Counted from the first letter of the stretch, positions 1 through 8,066 are shown. The stretch: DNA of 15,402 bases from Candidatus Methylomirabilota bacterium (GCA_046726415.1 JBKPAK010000168.1:1-15402); one strand, 5' to 3'. Program-made: numbers and translations. The notes: generated by a model not told the origin, from the sequence alone.

Positions 1-1928
1 AGGATATTGAAAAAGGGCATGCCCGGGAGCACCTGCTCAAGATTCCACAGCCGCTCCTGGGCGATGGAGGCCGGCAATGCCTGACCTCGGGGCACCGGGG
101 CTATGACCGAGGTCCGCGGCCCGGGCCCCGCTTGGATGAGCGTTTCCAGGTGGCGCGCCATGTCGGCGATGGTGGGTACTTCGAAAAACGTGGAGAAAGC
201 CACCTCGACGTGCAGCGTGTCGCGCACGCGTGCGAGGAGTTGGGCCGCCAGCAGAGAGTCTCCCCCCAACGCGAAGAAGTCGTCGTGGGTTCCCACGCGT
301 TCGACGTCGAGGATCTGCGCCCAGAGTCCGGCCAGTACCTCCTCAAGGGGTGTCCGCGGTGCGACGAAAGTCTCCGGCATGGCGACGCCGGGAGTGAGCC
401 CGAGCCTAGCCGCCAGGCCAAGACGCGACACCTTCCCCGTGGGGCCGGCGGGCAGTTCCTCGACGATCAGCACTCGGCGCGGAACCTTGAAATCAGCCAG
501 CCGGCTGAGGGCGAACTGACGAATGTCTTGCGCCGTGGCCGCCGCGTGCGGGCTCAATACGACGGCGGCCGCGATCTCCTCACCGAGCGTGGCGTGGGGC
601 ATCGCGAAGGTGACGGCCTGGGCCACCGCCGGGTGGTCCATCAGCACGTGGTCGACCTCTTGCGGAGTGATTTTCTCCCCCCCGCGATTGATGATTTCCT
701 TGCTCCGGCCGGTGAGGAACATATACCCGTCCTCATCCAGAAAGCCTCGGTCCCCTGTTCGGAACCATTCCCCGGCAAACGCGTCCCTGTCCGCCGCGCA
801 GTCAGCGTCATAGCCGTGCATGACGCTGGCACCACGCACGACGACCTCTCCCTCCTGCCCGCCGGGGAGCAAGGCTCCCCCTTCGTCCATGATCGCCACG
901 TCCAGGTCCACGCGTACGCCCACCGAACCAGGCTTGCGCTGACGAGGTGGGAGCGGATTACAGGCGATCGGCGAGGAGGCGGTCTCCGTCATCCCGTAGA
1001 ACTCGATGACCGGAGCCGCGAAAGTCCGTTCCAGATCGGCCAGGACGCGGAGCGGTAACGGAGCCGATGCGGAGCGAATGAACCGTAGCGGACAGGCGGC
1101 CACCCGTTCACGGTGGCGCTCAGCCTGGGCGAGGATCGCTTGATGCATGGTCGGGACTGCTGAGTACCATGTTGGCTGGAACTCGGTCAGCCATGCAAAG
1201 AAGCCGGCGACATCACATCCCGGAGTGCACACGATGCTCGCGCCCGCCTCCAGGGAGGCCAGCAGGGTGGCCATGAGACCATGTCCATGAAACAGAGGCA
1301 GGATGTTCAGGCAGCGGTCGCGTTCGGTCAGGCCCAGTGCCGAATGCGAGGCGCGGGCGGCGGCACAGACATTGGTGTGGGTCAGCGGGACAATCTTCGG
1401 TCGCGAGGTCGTACCCGACGTGAGCAGCAGGAGCGCCACGTCACCGGGGCCGACCGCCCCGCGAGTCGGCGTCGCCCCCGGGGTGTCCCCCGTGAGCCGG
1501 TAGAGACCGGCCTCGGCTTCGGGCGCGACCGATAGCTCGACGATACGCAGGCCCCGGGCGACCGCCACCTGACGCGCGGGCGAATCGATGCCCGCCTGCG
1601 TCAGCAACGCACGCGGTTGCAGATCAGCGAGATACCTGTCCACTTCATCGACACCGTAGACGGGATTGAGCGGGGCACACACCGCACTCGCGGCCACCGT
1701 GAGAGTTGCCACCGCCATCTCCGGACCGTTGGGCAACACGACCGCCACTCGGTCATGGCGGCCGATCCCCATGGCCTCCAGCGCCCGCCCCATGTCCCCG
1801 ACCTGCTGGTGCAGGCGCCGGTAGGTGAGCGGAGCGCGCCCGGGAGCGAGAATCGCCGGCGCCTCGGGAATGCGAATGGCCTGATGCGCGAGGAGATGCG
1901 GAATGGAGGACTGGGGAACGCCGGTCAC
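1..1928 (-). CDS. NRPS-like protein, 3'-partial: acyl/oxalyl-CoA-ligase-type adenylation domain + PCP + start of condensation domain
   Basis: Translated by hand; absent from the ORF track because no stop lies in the window. GTG at 1928 gives MTGVPQSSIPHLLAHQAIRIPEAPAILAPGRAPLTY..., open to base 1. Motifs: LLTSGTTSRPK (P-loop), PLFHGHGL, YGMTE, WFRTGD, KEIINRGGEKI, FKVP...PAGPTGKV; PCP DDFFALGGDSLL (Ser codon 257-255); C-domain start LPASIAQERLW. Confidence 0.93.
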   Translation of the reverse strand, partial: MTGVPQSSIPHLLAHQAIRIPEAPAILAPGRAPLTYRRLHQQVGDMGRALEAMGIGRHDRVAVVLPNGPEMAVATLTVAASAVCAPLNPVYGVDEVDRYLADLQPRALLTQAGIDSPARQVAVARGLRIVELSVAPEAEAGLYRLTGDTPGATPTRGAVGPGDVALLLLTSGTTSRPKIVPLTHTNVCAAARASHSALGLTERDRCLNILPLFHGHGLMATLLASLEAGASIVCTPGCDVAGFFAWLTEFQPTWYSAVPTMHQAILAQAERHRERVAACPLRFIRSASAPLPLRVLADLERTFAAPVIEFYGMTETASSPIACNPLPPRQRKPGSVGVRVDLDVAIMDEGGALLPGGQEGEVVVRGASVMHGYDADCAADRDAFAGEWFRTGDRGFLDEDGYMFLTGRSKEIINRGGEKITPQEVDHVLMDHPAVAQAVTFAMPHATLGEEIAAAVVLSPHAAATAQDIRQFALSRLADFKVPRRVLIVEELPAGPTGKVSRLGLAARLGLTPGVAMPETFVAPRTPLEEVLAGLWAQILDVERVGTHDDFFALGGDSLLAAQLLARVRDTLHVEVAFSTFFEVPTIADMARHLETLIQAGPGPRTSVIAPVPRGQALPASIAQERLWNLEQVLPGMPFFNI

Positions 1929-4900
1929 GGCCCGGCATCGAGCAAGGTCTTCGCCTCCCGTAAATCTGGAGTGTCAAACCCCTCGGTGAACCACCCATAG
2001 ACCTCGGCCAGTAGCTGGCGGGCGTCAGGGCCCTTGCCGTGCCGCTGCCCCAGCCGGCACAAACTCGTTGCCGCCCGAAGCTCCAGGGACCGGGCCTGCC
2101 GCTGGCGCGCGAGACTCACGGCCTCAGCAAAGCATTCCTCGGCTTCCCTGACTCGCGGCTCGCAACCCGCGGACGCCGGCTCACCGGGGATGGATTGGAG
2201 AAGCAGCTCCCCCTTGAGCCGAAGCAACTCTGCCTCGTAATAGCGTTCCGACGTTCGCCGGGCGATCTCCAGCGCCTGGTCGACCACGCCCAGCCCTTCC
2301 CCCGCCCGGTCGGCTCGTCCATAGGCTTCGGCCAGGCGCGCGAGGAGAAGAGGCTGTCCCAGCTCGACCCCCATGTTGCGCCACGTGGCCAAGCCTTCCT
2401 GCATCTGGGCAATGCCCTCCGTCACCGCCCCCTGCTCGGCCAGTGCCCAGCCTCGCCGCATCAGGCCGCCCGCCAGGCATCGAACAAATCCCCCCTCTCG
2501 TGAGAGCGGAACCACCAGGTCGGCGTTCGCGTGCACGACCTCTGCATCGCGGAGAAATTGATGGAGGATTCCCGCATGGTGAAGGGCAAAGGCCCGGGTG
2601 TAGGCGTGCGATAACTGGTCGGCGAGCGCAGCGGCTTGGTGGCTCCGCGCACGAGCCTGATCCGGGTATCCCAGCATCCACAACGTCCAGGAGGCGTAGC
2701 CCAGACTCAGGACGCCGGGGTCGAGCATACGGTCGACCGCCGGCGTGCGGTATTTCTCGCGATCGATCAGCACGATGGCTTGCTCGATATGCGCTCGTGC
2801 CGCAACCAGGTCTCCCACCATGAACAGAGGCCCCCATAGCATGCGGTACGCCTCGTGGTGAAACATGGGGTCATGGAGGCATTCGGCGAGGGCCAGGCAC
2901 TGGCGGCCAAGGTCGTGGGCCGCTTGATAGCGAGCCTGATCGAAGGCGTGGAACCACAGGCCCCTCAACACCGAGAACCGCTGGGGCCCCGCTTCAATTT
3001 GCTGGCACAGGGTATAGGCCCGAGCATAGACCTGTTCCACCTCGGGAGCGGCGTGACCTTTGAGCATGGTCAGTGGCGCTCCCAACGCCAATTGGAGCGT
3101 GAGTTCGTGCTGGATACGCGCCGGCCCCTCGGACACGCTTCCCAGCGCGGCCAGCCCTTGTCTGAGGTCGCTGACGGCTTCGGCGTTGGCCGAGCGTTCG
3201 ATGGCGCGCTGGCCGGCGCGCAGCCAGTACGGCACCGCCTGGGCGGCCAGCCCTGCCTCCATGTAGTGATGGGCCAGTCGCTCGGGCTGCGTCTCCACGC
3301 TCTCAGGAAACTCCGCCGCCAAGACCGTCGCGATGCGCTGGTGATATTGCTGACGCGAGCTCTTGAGCAGCGAGCGATAGGCCACATCATGGGTGAGGGC
3401 ATGTTTGAAGGCGTACTCGAGGTCGGGAAAGAGCCGCGTCTCGTACAGGAACTCCGCCGCCTGGAGCCGTCGGAGGCTCGGGCGAAGTTCATCGTCAGGG
3501 GCACTGACGACCGCCTGGAGCAGCGTGAACGGGACTTCCTTGCCGATCACCGAGGCGGCGTGGAGCAGGCGCTTGTCGTCAGGCTGCAGACGGTCGATGC
3601 GGGCGGTTAGCATCGCTTGGATCGTGGCCGGCATCTCCAAGCGCTCCGGCGCCTTGGTGAGGCGATAGATCCCCGGCTCCCCCGCCAGCGCCTTGGTCTC
3701 GACGAGGGTCTGCACGCTCTCTTCAAGGAAGAACGGATTGCCTTCTGTCCGTTCGATCAAAAGCCGCTTGAGCGGCTTGAGCCCGGGGTCAGGGCCGAGC
3801 AGGGCGGCCAGCACCTCCTCCGCGCTCGCCGGAAGGAGTGGATCGAGCCGGATCTGTCGGTAGTAGGCCTTACGGCTCCAGCCGTGCACGTACTCCGAGC
3901 GATAGTTCAGGACGAGGAGCAGGCGAGCGCTGGGCAGGCTTTCGACCAGCACGTCGAGCAGGGCCTGCGTCTCGCCGTCGATCCAGTGCAGATCCTCGAA
4001 GAGCGCGACGACCGGTTGTACCTGGCTCTCGCGAAGGAGCAGCCCCGTGACGGCTTCGAGCGTGCGGTGCCGCCGCTGGGCAGGATCGAGCTGGGCCCAC
4101 GTCGCATCCTCGATGGGCACGTCGAGGAGCGCCAGGAGCGCGGGAAGCGACGGGGCGAGGGTGTGGTCCAGCGCGAACAGCCGGCCCGTGACCTTCTCGC
4201 GAACGTTGCGCGCGTCGTCGCGCCCCTCGATCTGGAAGTAGGCTTTCAAGAGCGGGATGACCGGGAAATATGCGGTGGTCTTGCCGTAGGAGACCGACGC
4301 GGTCTCGATGACGAGTGCGCCTTCGGTGCGATGCGAGTGGACAAACTCCCAACATAGGCGCGACTTGCCGACGCCCGGTTCGCCGACGACGGCCACCACC
4401 TGGCCCCGGTTGCTGTGGGCCAGCATCAGCGCCTCCTGAAGCTGCGCGATCTCGGCCGTCCGGCCGGCGAACTTCGTCAGCCCCCGTCCGGCCAGGGCCT
4501 GCAGGCGTGAGCGTGCCACCCCGACACCCGTGAGCTGATAGACCTCGACCGGCTGACTCAGTCCCTTGACTGGCACGGGGCCGAGCGACTTCACCTCGAC
4601 AAAGCTCCCGGCGAGGGCGAGGGTCTGCGACGTCAGGAGAATCGTGCCGGAATCGGCAATCTGCTCCATTCGCGCGGCCACGTGGGTCGTTTGGCCCACC
4701 GCCGTGTAGTCCACGTGGAGATCGCTGTGGATTGCCCGGACGACGACCTCGCCGGAGTTGAGCCCCACGCGGATTCGTATGGAGACGCCGAGCGAGCGGA
4801 GGATCTCCTCTGCGTAATCCTTCACCGAATCCTGCATCCGCAGCGCGGCGTAGCAGGCGCGCACGGCGTGGTCCTCGTGCGCGAGCGGAGCGCCGAACAG

Positions 4901-5326
4901 CGCCATGATCCCGTCGCCCATGACCTGGTTGACGGTCCCCTCGAAACGGTGGACCGCCTCCATCATGTGTTCGAGCACAGGGTCGAGAAGCTTCCGCGCT
5001 TCCTCGGGGTCCCGGTCGGCCAGGAACTCCATGGAGCCCTTGAGATCGGCGAAGAGCACGGTCACCTGCTTGCGCTCGCCCTCCAGCGCGCTCTTGGTGG
5101 TGAGGATCTTTTCGGCCAGGTGCTTCGGCGTGTAGGCCGCGGGGGGGCCATAGCGCGCGGGCGCGGCGAGGGCCGTGAGGGCGGTCTGCCCGCATTCGCT
5201 ACAGAATTTCGCGCCGCCAGCGAGCGGGCTTCCGCAGGAGGTGCATGTGAGGACCAGGCGCGCCCCGCATTCCGAGCAGAACTTTGCACTCGGGGCGTTC
5301 TCGTGCCGGCATTTCGGGCACGTCAT
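1925..5326 (-). CDS. Double zinc ribbon / class III adenylate-guanylate cyclase / AAA (STAND-like) ATPase / TPR protein
   Basis: Four CxxC pairs at the N-terminus (CPKC, CSEC, CTSC, CSEC); cyclase motifs VTVLFADLKGS, GDGIMALFGAP, RVGLNSGEV; Walker A GEPGVGKS; Walker B ALFEDLHW; helical TPR-like C-terminus ending WFTEGFDTPDLREAK. ATG at 5326 preferred over TTG at 5332. Confidence 0.95.
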   Translation of the reverse strand: MTCPKCRHENAPSAKFCSECGARLVLTCTSCGSPLAGGAKFCSECGQTALTALAAPARYGPPAAYTPKHLAEKILTTKSALEGERKQVTVLFADLKGSMEFLADRDPEEARKLLDPVLEHMMEAVHRFEGTVNQVMGDGIMALFGAPLAHEDHAVRACYAALRMQDSVKDYAEEILRSLGVSIRIRVGLNSGEVVVRAIHSDLHVDYTAVGQTTHVAARMEQIADSGTILLTSQTLALAGSFVEVKSLGPVPVKGLSQPVEVYQLTGVGVARSRLQALAGRGLTKFAGRTAEIAQLQEALMLAHSNRGQVVAVVGEPGVGKSRLCWEFVHSHRTEGALVIETASVSYGKTTAYFPVIPLLKAYFQIEGRDDARNVREKVTGRLFALDHTLAPSLPALLALLDVPIEDATWAQLDPAQRRHRTLEAVTGLLLRESQVQPVVALFEDLHWIDGETQALLDVLVESLPSARLLLVLNYRSEYVHGWSRKAYYRQIRLDPLLPASAEEVLAALLGPDPGLKPLKRLLIERTEGNPFFLEESVQTLVETKALAGEPGIYRLTKAPERLEMPATIQAMLTARIDRLQPDDKRLLHAASVIGKEVPFTLLQAVVSAPDDELRPSLRRLQAAEFLYETRLFPDLEYAFKHALTHDVAYRSLLKSSRQQYHQRIATVLAAEFPESVETQPERLAHHYMEAGLAAQAVPYWLRAGQRAIERSANAEAVSDLRQGLAALGSVSEGPARIQHELTLQLALGAPLTMLKGHAAPEVEQVYARAYTLCQQIEAGPQRFSVLRGLWFHAFDQARYQAAHDLGRQCLALAECLHDPMFHHEAYRMLWGPLFMVGDLVAARAHIEQAIVLIDREKYRTPAVDRMLDPGVLSLGYASWTLWMLGYPDQARARSHQAAALADQLSHAYTRAFALHHAGILHQFLRDAEVVHANADLVVPLSREGGFVRCLAGGLMRRGWALAEQGAVTEGIAQMQEGLATWRNMGVELGQPLLLARLAEAYGRADRAGEGLGVVDQALEIARRTSERYYEAELLRLKGELLLQSIPGEPASAGCEPRVREAEECFAEAVSLARQRQARSLELRAATSLCRLGQRHGKGPDARQLLAEVYGWFTEGFDTPDLREAKTLLDAGP

Positions 5327-5377
5327 ACCCAAAGCTTCCCGGCCTCACGGCGTTCAAGGTCAGTCAAGCGCACCGCG

Positions 5378-5407
5378 AGTGTAGCCAAGGAGGTCGCAGG
5401 GGGTCAA
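5378..5407 (-). promoter_or_regulatory. Putative sigma70 promoter for the cyclase-NRPS operon
   Basis: Minus strand TTGACC (5407-5402), 18 nt spacer, TACACT (5383-5378), about 50 nt upstream of the ATG at 5326. Confidence 0.5.
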
Positions 5408-5460
5408 GGAGGGTCGGAAGGAGTTCTGCCGAGGGACATGTCGGTCCTACCAGCTTTCCA

Positions 5461-5522
5461 TGCAGACCTGGTCAGTTTGTAATTGGGCACGAGCTCCTAT
5501 CGTGTCCACTGACGGCGCTGCA
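5461..5522. repeat. Nested inverted repeat (three-stem hairpin)
   Basis: TGCAG(5461)/CTGCA(5518), GTCAGT(5471)/ACTGAC(5508) and GGGCACGA/TCGTGTCC (one G-T pair) nest around a 7-nt loop. Confidence 0.45.
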
Positions 5523-5566
5523 TTGACCGCCTGTCCCATAGAATGTCATCAGTATACTGGGCGGTT

Positions 5567-5731
5567 GGCTACTTCACGACCATCGCCGGCCACGAGGCGC
5601 CGCCGGTGGGCAACCTCTTTTTCGCCGGCGAGCACACAAGCTCGTTCTACGAGCAGCAGGGTTTCATGGAGGGCGCGGCGTTGTCCGGGCAGCGCGCGGC
5701 CGGCGAGGTATACCGACTCTTACGAGGGTGA
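5567..5731 (+). pseudogene. C-terminal remnant of a flavin monoamine oxidase family gene
   Basis: GYFTTIAGHEAPPVGNLFFAGEHTSSFYEQQGFMEGAALSGQRAAGEV matches the C-terminal FAGEHT...G.MEGA..SG.RAA signature of amine oxidases. No N-terminal FAD-binding region lies upstream. Confidence 0.8.
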
Positions 5732-6920
5732 GCCGACGATTCGTCTCTGGTTCTCTGGGGAAAAGAACTCCGGGATCGAGACGGTGGCGGCAATGGTGCC
5801 CAGGAAGCGGTCCGCCTCGGTTTGATTACCCCGCAAAGCCCCGAAGAGCTGCTGCATCTCCGGCGAGGGCGGCTCCAGAGCGGCCCACTGGCACGTGAAC
5901 TCGTACATCGCTTGGACCTCGCCATCGCGGCGCCGGTGATAGTCTCCGAGCGCCTCCTCCAGCGGCCGCCGCCCGGAGAAGCCCTCGTCGATCGCCTCGG
6001 CCAGGAGCGTCGCATCGCGGAAGGCATCGGTGATCCCCTGCGCGGTGATCGGGTCTTTGTGATACCCCGCGTCTCCCACCAGCGCCCAGCCTGGTCCGTA
6101 GGGCTTACGAAAGAAGTTCGGCACGTCGGCCGTACCGTAGAACCGCTCTTCGCGTCTGCCCCCCGCGCACCCGTTCGGCGAGTCGGGGAGCGAGCTCGAG
6201 GGTCCTCAGGTAGTTACCTTCAATGTCGGCGCGGTATCGGCTGAACTCCTGGCGAGTCCACGCGGTGGGTATGCACACCAGTCCATCATTCGTGGGGATA
6301 CAGCCAATCACTCGCCCGTCCCGGGGGTAATATTCCGCCCCGGCCGTGGGCACGCCGCTCCAGTAGGTGTAGTACCAACAGGCCAATGCGGGCTGGGCAT
6401 TGTACTCGGGGGCCTGGACGTGGCGCGCGACGATGGAATGCACCCCGTCAGCGCCGATCACCATGCGCGCCGTCTCGGCCGCCGCCGAACCGGCTCGGGT
6501 GCGGCCGCGAATGCCTACGACGCGCTCGCCGTCCATCGTCAGCTCCTGCACCGAGCAGCCTTCACGCAGTTCCGCCCCGGCTTCGACCGCGGCGTCGACC
6601 AGGATCTTGTCGAGTACCGTGCGGCGCGGCGCGTAGGACTCGGCGACGTCCTCCGCTGGCGGAGGTGTCCCCGCGAAGGCGAACTCGCCCACGTCGAATG
6701 CCACCCTGCGGATCGGCGGGCAGTTGGACGCCGTGACCTTATCGAGAAGACCCCACCGCTTGAGTCGGGCCACACCGGGCTGCCAGATGATATGGGTGGA
6801 GAGCGTGTCGCTCGGAAAGTCTGCCCTGTCCGTGAGCAGCACGCGGTAGCCCTTGCGGGCCAGGAGCATGGCGGTCGGCGATCCGGCGCACCGCGCACCA
6901 ACGATGATCGCGTCATACAC
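5720..6920 (-). pseudogene. NAD(P)/FAD-dependent oxidoreductase (geranylgeranyl reductase/FixC-like), frameshifted at 6159-6164
   Basis: N-half MYDAIIVGARCAG...IGADG (6105-6920) and C-half ...GWALVGDAG..KDPITAQGI (5720-6124). Removing one base from the C6 run joins them in frame as AERVRGGRREERFYGTADVPNFFRKP. May be a sequencing error rather than a true pseudogene. Confidence 0.85.
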
Positions 6921-6926
6921 GACATG

Positions 6927-6935
6927 ACCGTAGCA
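6927..6935 (-). promoter_or_regulatory. Extended -10 element, possible leaderless promoter
   Basis: Minus strand TG-C-TACGGT, then 6 nt, then the GTG start at 6920. No Shine-Dalgarno sequence is present. Confidence 0.4.
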
Positions 6936-6982
6936 TGAGCGCGTGGCCGAGACCCATCTTCCATGGGATCATCGCTCCGGAG

Positions 6983-7285
6983 ATGCCGCTGATCAGCCTA
7001 ACCGTTCAGCACGGCCGGACCCAGGATGAGGCCCGGCGCCGCCTCGAAACAGCGGTCCACCAAATTTCGGCTCAGTTCGGGACGATGCTTCGGCGGGTCG
7101 AGTGGGCCGCCGACGGCAATCGGGTGAGACTCGAGGGAGCCGGGTTTTGGATTGAGCTGTGGGTGGACGCCCTGGCCGTCTATGCGGAGGGCGACGCTCC
7201 AATCCTGGGCCGGCTGCTCGGGGGTCCACTGGGCTCGCGACTGAAAGAAATTGTCGAGCGCACCTTTCAAAAACAGCTACCATGA
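6983..7285 (+). CDS. Polyhydroxyalkanoic acid system (PHA_gran_rgn-like) small protein
   Basis: 100 aa MPLISLTVQHGRTQDEARRRLE...VEW...; size and the H...EARRR..W pattern fit this family. Stop overlaps the next ATG. Confidence 0.7.
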   Translation: MPLISLTVQHGRTQDEARRRLETAVHQISAQFGTMLRRVEWAADGNRVRLEGAGFWIELWVDALAVYAEGDAPILGRLLGGPLGSRLKEIVERTFQKQLP

Positions 7286-8013
7286 ATGGCGCTATGAAGA
7301 CATTCGAGAAACCGGCGCGCTGGAACCCGGGTCTTTTCACCCTGGTCGTGGGTAGCATCGTCGGGGCGATGCTGACCTTGGCCTCCGCCGATTCGCACCC
7401 ATCATTCGCGAAGGGCGGCGGCCAGAAGAGCATCGCGGTACCAGCGGTGCCGGCCAATCTCGAGGTGCCCGCGGGCCATTTGGCATACCTGGTCGGGCAC
7501 GCGATCGGCACACAAAATTACATCTGTTTACCGTGCCCAACCGCCTCGCCGACGTGCATGGCATCGGGTTTCGTCTGGACCTTCTTCGGTCCCCAGGCGA
7601 CCTTATTCGACGACGATGATGAGCAGATCATGACCCACTTCCTCAGCGAGAACCCGGACGAAAGGGGGACCCGCCGCGCGACCTGGCAGGATTCTCAGGA
7701 TACGAGCAAGGTCTGGGCGTTTGCGCCAGCCGCCAACCAGTCCTCCGACCCCGCCTTCGTTGCGCCGGGCTCGATTCCCTGGCTGCGCCTGCAGGTGGTT
7801 GGTGCTGAATCGGGGCCTACGGGTGGCAACAGGCTCGGCAGGACCACCTTCATTCAGAGGCTCAACACCGCCGGAGGGATCGCGCCCGCCGCGAGTGAAT
7901 GCGCGTCGGCGGGCGACGTGGGGCGGCCATCCTTGGTTCCATACGAGGCAGACTACTTCTTCTATCGCCGGGGAATCCCGCACCGCCACGGTCACGACCG
8001 CGACTGCGACTGA
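7282..8013 (+). CDS. Secreted DUF3455-family protein
   Basis: ATGA overlap with the upstream stop; hydrophobic signal-like segment; motifs VPANLEVPAG, GTQNYIC, PQATLF, THFLS, IPWLRL, TTFIQRLNTAGG.AP, VPYEADYFFY. Confidence 0.85.
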   Translation: MNGAMKTFEKPARWNPGLFTLVVGSIVGAMLTLASADSHPSFAKGGGQKSIAVPAVPANLEVPAGHLAYLVGHAIGTQNYICLPCPTASPTCMASGFVWTFFGPQATLFDDDDEQIMTHFLSENPDERGTRRATWQDSQDTSKVWAFAPAANQSSDPAFVAPGSIPWLRLQVVGAESGPTGGNRLGRTTFIQRLNTAGGIAPAASECASAGDVGRPSLVPYEADYFFYRRGIPHRHGHDRDCD

Positions 8014-8018
8014 ATCCC

Positions 8019-8053
8019 CGGGGATGGGGGCGGCCGGCCACCCCCTATCCCCG
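8019..8053. terminator. GC-rich hairpin between convergent genes (terminator or REP-like)
   Basis: CGGGGAT-GGGGGCGGC / GCCACCCCCT-ATCCCCG with one bulge; the mismatch becomes a G-U pair on the minus strand. No U-tract. Confidence 0.55.
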
Positions 8054-8066
8054 CGACATCATAGTG

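Noticed and set aside
132-1058. 308-aa plus-strand ORF and other plus-strand ORFs over 100-2000
   Set aside because: Antisense shadows of the NRPS gene in high-GC DNA; no recognisable motifs.
3870-5195. 441-aa alternate-frame ORF inside the cyclase
   Set aside because: Arg/Gly/Pro-rich off-frame translation typical of GC-rich genes.
5461-5522. Integron attC site or known riboswitch
   Set aside because: No RYYYAAC/GTTRRRY boxes, no integrase, and no recognisable aptamer consensus.
5543-5731. 62-aa ORF as a functional small protein
   Set aside because: The ATG has no RBS and the first 8 codons do not look homologous; better explained as a gene remnant.
5720-6920. FAD enzyme as a halogenase tailoring the NRPS product
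   Set aside because: Lacks the WxWxIP halogenase motif (reads VIGCIP), retains GDAG, and is separated from the NRPS operon by a junction and a separate promoter.
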